Source: Octopus sinensis
Lineage: Eukaryota
Direction: 5' to 3'
Assembly (NCBI RefSeq): GCF_006345805.1
Contig: NC_043010.1
Coordinates: 7,998,001-8,062,000 of the forward strand
Length of the DNA stretch: 64,000 bases
Part shown: in pieces, positions 38,411 through 50,490 of the stretch
Layout: every line of letters begins with the position of its first letter
Position numbering within the stretch: the stretch's first letter is position 1
Position numbers and translations under genes: made by a program
The notes under the pieces: model-generated
Database searches by the model: none
The model's input: the letters and a program-made list of their open reading frames with translations, nothing else
What the model was told of the DNA's origin: nothing

Positions 38411-38560
38411 TAGTAAGAAAAAAATATATATATTGATAGAAATGGTAAGACAACAAAAGAATGAAAGAGACCTCGATATTATGTAAATAGAGGAATTTAC
38501 CTGTAAATATAATATAATTGTCACGTATTATATTTGCAGATATATATATATATATATATA

Positions 38561-38613
38561 TGCTTTCTCTATCTCTCTCACTTTTTCTCTTTGCCTGTCT
38601 CTTTCCTATATAT

Positions 38614-38645
<32 letters not shown>

Positions 38646-38691
38646 GGAAAGAGACAGGCAAAGGGAAAAAGTGAGAGAGATAGAGAAAGCA
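38561..38691. repeat. Inverted duplication (47-bp arms, 1 mismatch) around a (TA)n spacer
   Basis: TGCTTTCTCTATC...TTTCCT (38561-38607) versus AGGAAAG...GAGAAAGCA (38645-38691). Confidence 0.92.
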
Positions 38692-39159
38692 AGAGGTAAA
38701 GAAAATTTCAGAAGCTACCCATAACTCTATTGACAACCTAATACACCAGCTTTGGGCAATTCATTAAAGAAACATAATCAAATTTATTGAAATCATGTGT
38801 ATTAATATAAGCTCAAGAGATATTTAAAAAGAAATGATAATAAAAGACAAGAAACGGTAGCGATAACGAGAATGATATCAACCAATTAAGAGAGACTGAC
38901 GGAATAAATTTAAGTAAGCATAAAGATAAAAATATTATAGATTTCAAATTCCCCCATCGGCAGTGTGGAAAGTTATCGAGAGAGAGTTTACGCGGTTCAT
39001 TTTTTTTTTTAAAGATTGATATTGTTTCTTTGATGATAATGTTTTTGATTCACTGCCACAGCGAAACGTCCCCAATGAAATTTAGCCATAGTGGAGTTTG
39101 TGACTATGAATAAAGAAGCAGATGTTTGCATTAGTACAAGCGGAAGTGTGCCGTACATG

Positions 39160-39450
39160 TGAGAGCACGTGTTTGTGTGCTTGTACATGTGTGTGTCTGT
39201 GTGTGTGGGGGTGTGTGTGTGTGTATGTGTGTGTGTGTGTGTGTTTGTACATGTGTATGTGTGTGTGTGTGTGTTTGTACATGTGTCTGTGTGTGTGTTT
39301 GTACATGTGTATGTGTGTTTGTGTGTGTGTATGTTTGTACATGTGTATGTGTGCGTGTGTGTGTGTGTGTTTGTACATGTATATGTATGTGTGTGTGTGT
39401 GTGTTTGTACATGTGTATGTGTGTGTGTGTGTTTGTACATGTGTATGTGC
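39160..39450. repeat. Higher-order (TG)n array with a recurring TTTGTACATGTGTATGT interruption
   Basis: About 7-8 units by direct reading. Confidence 0.88.
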
Positions 39451-39783
39451 ATATTAAACGCAAGTTTCAAAAAACATCAATTAAAAAACAGACAAGTGAA
39501 ACATAAATTATTGATGAGGCTAGCGATTGCCATTAAAAAGCAAAATGCAGGATGTGTCACTGACCTAACAAATCCTCTAGGTGCTGCATATCCCTATTTG
39601 TGGAGCCATGAACACAGTCAATTATAGGAGACATTTCACTATAACAGTAAGGGGCATTAACTGTAGTTGCTTTATCTTTCCAGCCATCAGATGTCTTTGA
39701 TTCTTGCTGAGAATACTGCAAAGAAAAGAGTAAAACAAGTCAGCAAAAGGGAATAAAACAAAGCAGCATGAAAACCAAAGAAT

Positions 39784-39997
39784 TACTCTTTTACTCTTTT
39801 TACTCTTTTACTTGTTTCAGTCATTTGAATGCGACCATGCTGGAGCACCGCCTTTAGTCGAGCAACTCGACCCCCAGGACGGACTTATTCTTTTTGTAAG
39901 CCCAGTACTTATTCTATCGGTGTCTTTTTGCCGAACCGCTAAGTGACAGGGATGTAAACACACCAGCATCGGTTGTCAAGCAAACACAGACACACAA

Positions 39998-40028
<31 letters not shown>

Positions 40029-40162
40029 CATATATACAACAGGCTTCTTTCAATTTCCGTCTACCAAATCCACTCACAAGGCATTGGTCGGCCCGGGGCT
40101 ATAGCAGAAGATACTTGCCCAAGATGCCACGCAGTGGGACTGAACCCAGAACCATGTGGTTG
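39784..40162 (-). mobile_element. SINE family A, nearly full length
   Basis: Matches consensus; extreme 5' end missing. Confidence 0.88.
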
Positions 40163-40267
40163 GTTAGCAAGCTACTTACCACAAGGATAAAATTGATATA
40201 TTTTTATCATTTTTTTTTATTTGTCTCCATTATTGGACTTCAGCAATGTTAGGGAATGACTTTTACA

Positions 40268-40990
40268 TTTTTAATCCAACATACTAACAGCAAGTGCTTA
40301 TCTTTTAAGTGTGGTACTGATAATTCCCAACAACATGGTTCTGGGTTCAGTCCCACTGTGTGACACCTTAGGCAAGTATCTTCTACTATAGCCATGAGCT
40401 GATCAAAGCCCTGTAAGTGGATTTGGTTGACAGAAACTGAAAGAAGCCCTTTATGTGTGTGTGTCTTTGCATCTGTGTTTGTCCCTCACAACTGCTTGAC
40501 AACTGGTACTGGTGTGTTTACGTCCTTGTATCTTAGCAGTTTGGCAAAAGAGACTGATAGAAAAATACATGTTTAATCAAACATACTGACACCAAGTACG
40601 TATCTTTTAAGTGTGGTACTGATAGTTCCCAACAACATGGTTCTGGGTTCAGTCCCACTGTGTGACACCTTAGGTAAGTGTCTTCTACTATAGCCATGAG
40701 CTGATCAAAGCTGTAAGGGGATTTGGTAGATGGAAACTGAAAGAAGCTCATGTGTGTGTGTGTGTGTGTGTGTGTGTCTTTGCATCTGTGTTTGTCCCTC
40801 ACAACTGCTTGACAACAGGTGCTATTGTGTTTACGTCCTTGTATCTTAGCAGTTTGGCAAAAGAGACTGACAGAAAAAAATACAAAGCTTAAGAGAAAAA
40901 CAAGTTCTGGGGTTTATTCAAACTCGAAATTCTTCAGGGCAGAACCCCTAAAGCATGGTTGCAGTTAAATGACTCAAATGAATAAAAGAC
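40268..40990 (+). repeat. ~300-bp tandem duplication of an old SINE-A plus flank
   Basis: TTTAATC(C/A)AACATACT...TATCTTTTAAGTGTGGTACTGATA...GCAAAAGAGACTGA occurs at about 40268 and about 40571. Confidence 0.8.
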
Positions 40991-42119
40991 AAAGACTAAA
41001 AGAAGACATAAACAAAACAACACCAGTTGTCAAGTGGTGATGGAGAGAAAAACACAAACATAAAGGTAACACATACATATAAATATTTCACGGGCTTCCA
41101 CACAGTTTCCATCTACAATATTCAATCACAAGGCAGTGGTTGGCCCAAGGTCAAAGTAGAAGACAGTTACTTGTCCAAAATTCCACACAGTGGGACTGAA
41201 CTTGAAGCAATGTTGCTACAAGGTGAGATTCTTCACCACACATGCATACCTACTTCTGTAATTAAGTTTCTATAATTACACAGAAAATATTGTTTGAAAC
41301 ATTCACAAACTTATTAACCTTGTTAACTAAGTGAAACTATACTGAAGAGAAAGAGTTTAGTAAAACACCATGATTCATGCTTTCTCCAGAAAAGAATGCA
41401 ATTATAGGAAACAAAATCAAAATTGAATTAGCAAGAACAAAAAAAAATTAGATAAATTTGCAGCCAATATTTTTGGAGAACACCATTTATTGTTTCATTA
41501 TTTTATCATAAAGATTACCTAATAAGAAATATTGTTTCCATAATTTTTCATAACAAAATGAAAAGAAACAACCAAACGTAAACTAAAAAGAAAACTAAAG
41601 AAATTCATTGAGTTAATAAATTACCAACTTGTTCTTTTAAATACAGAATAAAAAGTTAAAAAGTAGAATATTTTAAACATCGGAAAAAAGGGGGGGAAAA
41701 GCAAAATGTTAGAAGGACATTAACATTTACTACAATAAATCAAATTTAACAATGAAGAAAGCGTTTTGCAGTGTTTTATGTTATGCTGCTTTATGAATTT
41801 CTTCAGAAAAATCTTTTATTTGAAAAATATATTTATTTGGTAAATAAGTTGTGATAAAACTTTGGCAGCAGCTCTATAAGCAATTGTTTCTATTATTGCA
41901 TGCTTCTTCTATAGTATCACAATACTGATCATTACTATGCTTCTGTAGCTTGGTGCCTGCTGCTGCTGCTTTTGCTGCTGATGCTGCTTCTACAGAGCTG
42001 AGCAGCACATAGGAACAAGTATCATTGTGAACTGCCAGCATCCTTCTCCAAATATTTGATGTCGTTGTCATGACAATATGTTACAGTTACAACTGTGACA
42101 TTATGTATAATATACATAT

Positions 42120-42189
42120 AACATACACACAAACATATATGAGTTATACATCTATATGTATATATAAATATATGTGTGTGCGTATGTGG

Positions 42190-42220
<31 letters not shown>

Positions 42221-42289
42221 TATATGCATAAATATATATGTATATAAGTTTGTGTGCATATGTATATATACATACATACATACATATAC

Positions 42290-42354
<65 letters not shown>

Positions 42355-42569
42355 AACATACATACATACATACATACACATATATATATATATACACATA
42401 TGAAAATACACATATATATGTACATATCTATCTATCTATTTATCTACCTGTCTATATATCTATATATACATGCATACATATACGTGTATGGATGTATGTA
42501 TGTATGAATGTATGTATGTGTGTATGTCTGTATGTATGTATGTACGTTTAAATGTATCGCATCTATGTA

Positions 42570-42630
<61 letters not shown>

Positions 42631-42680
42631 GTGTGCCTATATGTATATATGCATATGTATATATACACTCAGACGCACAC
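42120..42680. repeat. (TA)n/(TATG)n/(TATC)n complex
   Basis: Direct reading. Confidence 0.93.
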
Positions 42681-43123
42681 ATACATATATATTCATATAA
42701 TACTCCCACAACTTTTAAAGGAAACAGTATTGCAATTTGTATATTCTTCACAAAATAATATGTATGCAGTGTATGAATAAAGCACACTGCCTCAACCATT
42801 TCCACTCAAGCAATGCTATTTCTTTGAATATCTTTGCTGTGCATATGTACAGCTGCAGCAACTACTGTTTACAACTGCTGAAATATCACATTGCTTGTAC
42901 CAGCTCTAGAACCATCAGCATTCTTTTTCTGTGGTGACAGTGTGCGTCTGCTTTAATTCATGTTCTTTAGCTGTGTGAATGAATGAATGAGGCTTGTGTG
43001 TGACTGAATTTGTATGCATATAATGAATGTAAGATTGCACTTAGACTAGTTACTTCTGTGTGTTACATTTTGTTTTTAATGTGCAAATTACTGCCATAAT
43101 CCATAGGACATCACTGTGTATAT

Positions 43124-43154
<31 letters not shown>

Positions 43155-43185
43155 TATATATATATACACACACACACATAGATAT

Positions 43186-43216
<31 letters not shown>

Positions 43217-43231
43217 ATATATATATATATA

Positions 43232-43458
43232 TACTCTTTACTCTTTTACTCTTTTACTTGTTTCAGTCATTTGACTGCGGCCATGCTGGAGCACCGCCTT
43301 TAGTCGAGCAAATCGACCCCGGGACTTATTCTTTGTAAGCCCAGTACTTATTCTATCAGTCTCTTATGCCGAACCGCTAAGTGACAGGGACGTAAACACA
43401 CCAGCATCAGTTGTCAAGCAATGCTAGGGGGACAAACACAGACACAAAAACACACACA

Positions 43459-43502
<44 letters not shown>

Positions 43503-43667
43503 TACAACGGGCTTCTTTCAGTTTCCGTCTACCAAATCCACTCACAAGGCATTGGTCGGCCCGGGGCTATAGCAGAAGATACTTGCCCAAGATGCCACGC
43601 AGTGTGACTGAACCCGGAACTATGTGGTTGTTTAGCAAGCTACTTACCACACAGCCACTCCTGCGCC

Positions 43668-43668
<1 letters not shown>
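43232..43668 (-). mobile_element. SINE family A, full length
   Basis: Matches consensus. Confidence 0.9.
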
Positions 43669-43699
<31 letters not shown>

Positions 43700-43710
43700 A
43701 TATATATATA

Positions 43711-43750
<40 letters not shown>

Positions 43751-43752
<2 letters not shown>

Positions 43753-43979
43753 GGAGTAAGCACATAATGTGAAACAAGGTGGAAAAACGAGTACTCAAAT
43801 ACCAGAGGTAGAGTAATATGCTTTATTTAAAAGCAGCAGAAATATAACAAAAGCTGTTACTCAGAGTTTCACGTTCCCGTTCGTCGACAGTTTTTTTTTT
43901 TAACAAAACTGTCTGATGAACGGGAACGTGAAACTGTGAGTAACAGCTTTTGTTATATTTCTGCTGCTTTTAAATAAAG
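43751..43979. mobile_element. Palindromic Penelope pLTR-type element embedded in (TA)n
   Basis: Arms 43821-~43894 and ~43905-43979 are near-perfect inverted copies; a unique 70-nt extension lies on the left. Confidence 0.75.
43909..43946 (+). ncRNA. Minimal type I hammerhead ribozyme, intact core
   Basis: CTGT-CTGATGA-ACG/GGAA/CGT-GAAA-CT/GTG/AG-TA^ACAG: 4-bp stem I, 3-bp stem II, short stem III, GUA cleavage triplet (cut after 43942). Confidence 0.78.
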
Positions 43980-43991
43980 TATATATACATA

Positions 43992-44045
<54 letters not shown>

Positions 44046-44812
44046 ATATATATATATGCATACGCACACACACACACATATGTATGTATGTATGTATGCA
44101 TGTAATTTGTTTTGAATTTGCGTGAATGTGTATTGGATAATGTATCCGTTAAATAAAGTTAAAACATGGTCTGGTTTTCACGTTTTTTCATTATGGTATT
44201 TTAACATTATAAAAAGTGTTTTGTAATGCTCATAAAGTTAAATTAGCACTTTCATACATAGAGTAATCATCAGATTTCAAATTCGTTTAACTGACAGTTG
44301 AGCTCTTGAACAACTTTAGTACCTCTTAGAATGTTCCAGCAAGCTAAATTTTCAGAATACGGTTTTGACCAATCTACATACATCTCAAGCATCACAGTTT
44401 GCCAGTCATTCTGATACTCAGTAATTTATTTATATTTGTTTGCTAGTGATATTATTTAATCCACATCATTAACTGGTTGTTATATTATTGCTGTTATTTC
44501 CATTCAGAACAGGTTTGAACATTTTAATAAACCGTTTTTCTTTTATCTTTCTTCCATCCTCAATTGTGTCATGTAGGTTGTGGAAAGGAAAAATTAGAAA
44601 CATTTTCTGACCACATGTCACCATTCAAAGAATACCAGATAAGCTACCCATAATTGGATACAACTCACCCAACAAGAACTCACAGCTTGAACAGAACTTG
44701 ACTTAAACAAAACTTGACATAAACAGGATTCGAATAATCCTATCAGGTGGTGCTATTAAGTTAGACATGGCCTGGACCAATCTTTGGTCGAAACATATAA
44801 GTTATCTAAGTT

Positions 44813-45093
44813 ATGTTCGCTCAATGGAATTTGGAAAACATTGGTGTACCAGATTTGTTGTCTGAGGACTCATGAGCATTCCAATAATGCATTCCCTGTC
44901 TTGCCTATATAAAATTCCTTGTAATTTTGGCATTTAATGCAGATCAAATTTCTGCTTTTGCAGTTCATATCTGCATTTGCCAAACTCTGTCCATTTTTTG
45001 TCCTAAAAGATCTACCAGTCTGCATGTATTGACATGTTCCACATCTGTGAATGTTTTAATCTGTTAGTTCACGTGGAATTTTGCCTTTGTTAA
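44813..45093 (-). pseudogene. Penelope-like element linker and GIY-YIG endonuclease fragment
   Basis: RCGTCQYMQTGRSFRTKNGQSLANADMNCKSRNLICIKCQNYKEFYIGKTGNALLECS*VLRQQI...QIPLSEH (CxxC plus the GIY/YIG-equivalent NLI..C....C..YIG.T). Confidence 0.82.
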
Positions 45094-45102
45094 TATATAT
45101 AT

Positions 45103-45297
45103 GGCCCCTGTGCCAGTGGCATGTAAAAAGCACCCACTACTCTCACGGAGTGGTTGGCGTTAGGAAGGGCATCCAGCTGTAGAAACACTGCCAGATCAAG
45201 ACTGGAGCCTGGTGCAGCCCCTGGCTTCCCAGATCCCGGTCAAACCGTCCAACCCATACTAGCAGGGAAAACGGACGTTAAATGATGATGATGATGA
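45103..45297 (+). mobile_element. Family B, 5'-truncated
   Basis: Core motif and (GAT)n tail. Confidence 0.87.
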
Positions 45298-45460
45298 TAC
45301 AGAGAGGAAGAGAGAGAAACAGTGAATGAGGGGGGGTAGGTTTAATAGACACATAGATAGATACACAAAGATTCAGATATATACATATACATATATACAA
45401 AAACATACATATGTATAGCTCACTCTCTATATCTATCTATCTATCTCTCTCTCTCTCTCT

Positions 45461-45524
<64 letters not shown>

Positions 45525-45950
45525 ATATATGAGGTACACTGTTTGCATGATTTTGATGTTCGTTTATAACTGTTCCGAGATGTCAGGGCAGAGAAAGAAA
45601 TATTATATATGTATGTACATGCATGTATGTACATGTAAATATATATGGTATATGTGTGTATATATCAGGAATTATGGGTTAACACAAATTGCATTGATAA
45701 AAATGAAAGATTTAGTGAAACCATAAAATGACAGTAATGAGAGACAGGCAGATGAACAGTCTTTGCTCTAAGTCTCTGTTGAATCACAGTCACATCTTTG
45801 ACCTCTCATGCTTGCCAGTAGGAAATTAATTCAATTTTAAAATGATAGTGTAAATATTATATTCCTAAGGGGAATACCTTTAGCATAAATTGGCTTTACA
45901 AATTAAACATTTTATAGTCAAAATATAAGCAACAACTTCATATATGTATA

Positions 45951-46366
45951 TACTCTTTTACTCTTTTACTTGTTTCAGTCATTTGACTGCAGCCATGCTG
46001 GAGCACTGCCTTTAGTCGAGCAAATCGACCCCGGGACTTATTCTTTGTAAGCCCAGTACTTATTCTATCGGTCTCTTTTGCCGAACCGCTAAGTGACGGG
46101 GACATAAACACACCAGCATCGGTTGTCAAGCAATACTAAGGGGACAAACATAGACACACAAAAAAAAACACACACACACTTATATATATATATATACATA
46201 TATATGACAGGCTTCTTTCAGTTTCCGTCTACCAAATCCACTCACAAGGCATTGATCAGCCCGGGGCTATAGCAGAAGACACTTGCCCAAGATGCCACAC
46301 AGTGGGACTGAACCCGGAACCGTGTGGTTGGTAAGCAAGCTACTTACCACACAGCCACTCCTGCGC
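45951..46366 (-). mobile_element. SINE family A, full length
   Basis: Matches consensus. Confidence 0.9.
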
Positions 46367-46507
46367 TATATATATCTTTGGCAAATAAAGCAAATGAATT
46401 TCCAAATGGTTTAAATAAATTGCCATATATTCATGTTTTATCTTTTACCATTTCTTTCAGTCATTGGAATGTGAACATGCCAGAGCACTGCCTTAAAGAG
46501 TTTAGTC

Positions 46508-46829
46508 CAGGATTTCTCAACCATTTTTATCTATGGACCCCTGTTGGAACCCCACCTTCATAGCCATTCGATGTTTAAAAACTAGTTTTATAGAAACTCC
46601 TTTCAAAACTCCTATTTTGCTTATCACATATTTCCTTGTGTAGGTTGAACTACGTAAAATGTCAAAGAAAGAAACCTGATTCTTGCAATACATACCAATA
46701 CATACATCAAAAGTAGAACTTTTATCAGGGGTCTTTAAAATACTATTGTGAACCCCCAATTTACCACTTTGTTGAATGGGCCCGCAAAAAATCTTATATG
46801 GAGCCTCAGGTGCCATATGGACCCCACTG
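46508..46829. mobile_element. hAT (Charlie-like) MITE
   Basis: Begins CAGGATTTCTCAACC, ends GGACCCCACTG; 8-bp TSD GTTTAGTC at 46500-46507 and 46830-46837. Confidence 0.8.
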
Positions 46830-46956
46830 GTTTAGTCAAACAAACCAACCCCTCTGCTTATTTTATAAAGCTTGGTACTTATTCTATTGGCCCCTTTGTT
46901 GAACTACCAAGTTACAAGAATGTAGACAAACCAACACCAATTGTCAAGGAGTAGTA

Positions 46957-47294
46957 GTGAAGCCACATGGCTCAGTGGTTAGAGCGTCAAGCTTACGATC
47001 GTGAGGTTGTGAGTTCGAATCCCAGACCGGGCTGCATGTTGTGTCCTTGAGCAAGACACTTTATTTCACGTTGTTCCAGTTCACTCAGCTGTAGAAATGA
47101 GTTGCAATGTCACAGGTACCAAGCTGAATCAGCCCCTTTGCCTTTCCCTTGGATAACACTGGTGGCATAGAGAGGGGAGGCCAGTATTCATAGGCGACTG
47201 CTGGTCTTCTATAAACAACCTTGCTCAGACTTGTGCCTGGGAGGGTAACTTTCTAGGTGCAATCCCATGGTCAGTCATGACCGAAGGGGGTCTC
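46957..47294 (+). mobile_element. SINE family G (tRNA head + CORE + RTE-like tail), full length
   Basis: TGGCTCAGTGG A-box, GAGTTCGAATCCC B-box, GTGTCCTTGAGCAAGACACTT CORE; ends CCCATGGTCAGTCATGACCGAAGGGGGTCTC. Confidence 0.85.
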
Positions 47295-48224
47295 AGTAGA
47301 GGACAAACACAAACACAAATAAACACACACACACACATATATATACATGTATGATGGGCTTCTTTCACTTTCTGTCTACCAAATTCACTCAGAAAGCTTT
47401 GGTTGGTCTGCGGCTATAGTAGAAGACAATTGCCTAAGGTGCTGTACAATGGAGCTGAACCCAAGACCACATTGTTGGGAAGCAAGCTCCTTAACCACAG
47501 AGCCATGCCTGATTATGTTTAAAATCAATGCTAAGGTTTCAGGCTGCCACCATATACTTTCCAATGTTTTCATGAAAATGTGTTGTTTTTATATCATACA
47601 AGAGAAGTTTAATCAGTCAATTTTCATTTTGCAATAACTGTTTTAAAGCCTTATAAGCACTCAATTGAGTATCTATGCATAATGAGATCAAATCCTGCTA
47701 AGTTCAACATTGCCTTTCATCCTTCCGTTGGTTAATAATCTAATTGATCATATCCATCTTACAAATTTGAGGTTTTGTGTCTGCTAGAAAAGACCCAAGA
47801 CTTCAAATGAAGTTTACCATGAAAATGAATCGCTATTGCCCCTAATTTTAAGCAAGGTGCAATGTAACAGAAAATTATTCAACTACATTATTCTATAAAA
47901 AATATTACAGCGGGAAATTGCTTAAGATTTCATCTGAATGAGAAACAATAGTTATGTTAGTGTTAAACTTAATGTTATGATTATCAAAAATCTAATTCGA
48001 AATAATTATGTGGTGAGGAAAAGACAACATTATTTCAATGACTTATAATATTGTCATTAGTTCAGTAAGTATGGAAAACAACATCGTTTTTCATTTCAGT
48101 GATGTTTCTGAGTAATTAACCTTATTGATTAGTTAATATTTTAAGCATGCCAATTTTTTCACTGCTCATCGCTCACTTGTATATTATATCATATTTTACA
48201 TATTAAATATCCCAGTACGTCTCA

Positions 48225-48385
48225 CTATTTCCATCACTAGCAATGCTTATGAGACATACCAAGAACTACATTAAGGGTACACTTGTCTGTGGATTGCTCA
48301 GCCACTTGCACGTTAATTTCATAAGCAAGCTGTTCCGTTGATTGTATCAGCTGAGACCCTCGTCATTGTAACTGACAGAGTGCGC
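48225..48385 (+). mobile_element. SINE-D1 3' tail fragment
   Basis: GAACTACATTAAGGGTACAC...CCCTCGTCATTGTAACTGACAGAGTGC. Confidence 0.75.
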
Positions 48386-48768
48386 CATCCATCCATCCAT
48401 TCATCTCCACAAAGAGATTGCGAGCATTAACTATTAAAGTAATTTTAGATAAGTTCTTTGCTCCACAAGTTGATATTAATGATGAATAATAAAACAAAAA
48501 TAGTGTCTCTCATCTTCCCAGTAACTCTCATTCCATGAACATATGTCTCAGACAGTCAACATCTGTTGTAGTAAGACTGTACCCTACAACATTATTGTTA
48601 TTATTATTATTTATTTTTGAATATATAACATTTAAAATGTTTTTAATGTATACAAATTATACTTTGTATGTTTATAAATTGTTATTTTCCATGACCATAA
48701 AAGTGGTCATGTCTCTTGGGGTTTTCTAGCTTTTGCTGCTTTTTTGAAAATATCCATTAGAAATCATT

Positions 48769-49080
48769 TTTTTTATGCGCCCTTTTCAAGCCTAGCCAGC
48801 TTCATGGGCCCGCTTTCCCGGTTTCTGTGGCATATGTGTTCCCCCCAGCTGGACGGGACGCCAGTTCATCACAGCATTACTCAAGAAACAGGAAGAGAGA
48901 GTGAGAGAAAGTTGGGGCGAAACAGTACAACAGGGGTCACCACCACCCCCTGCCGGAGCCTCATGGAGCTGCTTTAGGTGTTTTCGCTCAATAAACACAC
49001 ACAACGCCCGGTCTGGGAATCGAAACAGCAATCCTCCAACCGAGAGTCCGCTGCTCTAACCACTAGGCCATTGTGCCTCC
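48769..49080 (-). mobile_element. SINE family D, variant D3
   Basis: D head plus GATGAACTGGCGTCCCGTCCAGCTGGGG tail; TSD ATTAGAA(A/C)TCATT. Confidence 0.87.
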
Positions 49081-49164
49081 ATTAGAACTCATTATCACTT
49101 TATAATAAGTAAGGGAATTTCTGCTTTTATAATTAACTTCTTGACATTAATATTAGCTGAAGTG

Positions 49165-49790
49165 AATGAGGCAAGTTGGTAGAATCATTAGCATGCCAGA
49201 TAATATCTCTCTCTTTTACTCTTTTACTTGTTTGACATTTGACTGTGGCCATGCTGGAGCACCGCCTTTAGTTGAGCAAATCAATCCCGGGACTTATTCT
49301 TTGTAAGCCCAGTACTTATTCTATCGGTCCCTTTTGCCGAACCGCTAAGTGACGGGGACGTAAACACACCAGCATCGGTTGTCAAGCAATGCTAGGGGGA
49401 CAGACACACAAACACATACACACACATATATATATATATACATATATACGACAGGCTTCTTTCAGTTTCCGTCTACCAAATCCACTCACAAGGCATTGGT
49501 CGGCCCGGGGCTATAGCAGAAGACACTTGCCCAAGATGCCACGCAGTGGGACTGAACCCGGAACCATGGGGTTGGTTAGCAAGCTACTTACCACACAGCC
49601 ACTCCTGTGCCTATGCTTAGCAGCATTTCGTCCTTTTTTATGTTCCAAGTTCAAACTCTGCCAAGGTTGGCTTTGTCTTTCATCCTTTCAGGGTTGATAA
49701 AATAAGAACCAGTTGTGCATTGGGGTCGATGTAATTTTGTTACCCCTTCCTCTGAAATTACTGGCCTTGTGTCAAAATTTGAAACCAATA
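49165..49790 (+). mobile_element. SINE-C interrupted by a full SINE-A (49207-49612, minus strand)
   Basis: C head at 49165-49203 resumes at 49613 with ATGCTTAGCAGCATTTCGTC. Confidence 0.8.
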
Positions 49791-49899
49791 TTAGCTGAAA
49801 TGATATTATGTTCCATGGTTAGGTAGAAATGGCAAGAATCTGATGTTTGGAAATTTTGATTTTGATTGTCCATGAAAATAGTTATTTTTACGTTACAAC

Positions 49900-50490
49900 A
49901 GGCACGGGCATTGCTGTGTGGTTTAAGAAGCTTGCTTTGCAACAATGTTGTTTCAGGTTCAATCCCACCATGCTGCGCCTTGGGCAAGTGTCTTTAGCCC
50001 CAGGGGCTATAATAGAAGCCTTGTGAGTGCTGTGTGAATACCTTTTTGTGAATAAACATAAAGTGTGTATGTGTGTGTCACATATTGATATGTGCAGGGG
50101 GCACGTAAAAAGCACCCACTACACTCGCGGAGTGGTTGGCGTTAGGAAGGGCATCCAGCTGTAGAAACTCTGCCAGATCAGACTGGAGCCTGGTGCAGCC
50201 CCTGGCTTCCCAGACCCCGGTCAAACCGTCAAGCCCGTGCTAGCACAGAAAAACGGACGTTAAATGAAGATGATGATGATGATGATATATCTCTGGTGTG
50301 TGTATGTGTGTGTGTGTATCTTTCTGTTTGTGTCTAGTCCATCAACCACTTGACAACTGGTGTTGGTTTGTTTACAACCCTGTAACATTGTGGTTCAGCA
50401 AAAGAAACACTTAAAATAGGTACTAGACTTAAAAGATAAATACCGAGTCTGATTTGTTTGACTAAACCCTTCAAGGCAGTGCCCCAACAT
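49900..50490 (+). mobile_element. Old SINE-A with a family-B insertion (50098-50286)
   Basis: Collinear A head and tail around the B core and (GAT)n. Confidence 0.78.

Larger units (their letters stand above)
46450..47510 (-). mobile_element. Old SINE-A hosting two nested insertions
   Basis: Tail 46450-46507, middle 46830-46956 and head 47295-47510 are collinear with the A consensus. Confidence 0.7.

Noticed and set aside
38850-39150. Slightly CpG-richer stretch with GCGGAAGTG (ETS-like) as a possible promoter
   Set aside because: A single short motif with no supporting TSS or first-exon evidence.
41874-42071. 65-aa minus-strand ORF with an Ala run (MTTTSNIWRR…AASAAKAAAAG…)
   Set aside because: Partly a (GCA)n low-complexity tract, with plausible readings on both strands and no homology or clear splice pattern.
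46962-47035. Possible tRNA gene (also at 61289-61360)
   Set aside because: There is no acceptor-stem pairing, and the sequence continues into CORE and tail, so these are SINE heads.
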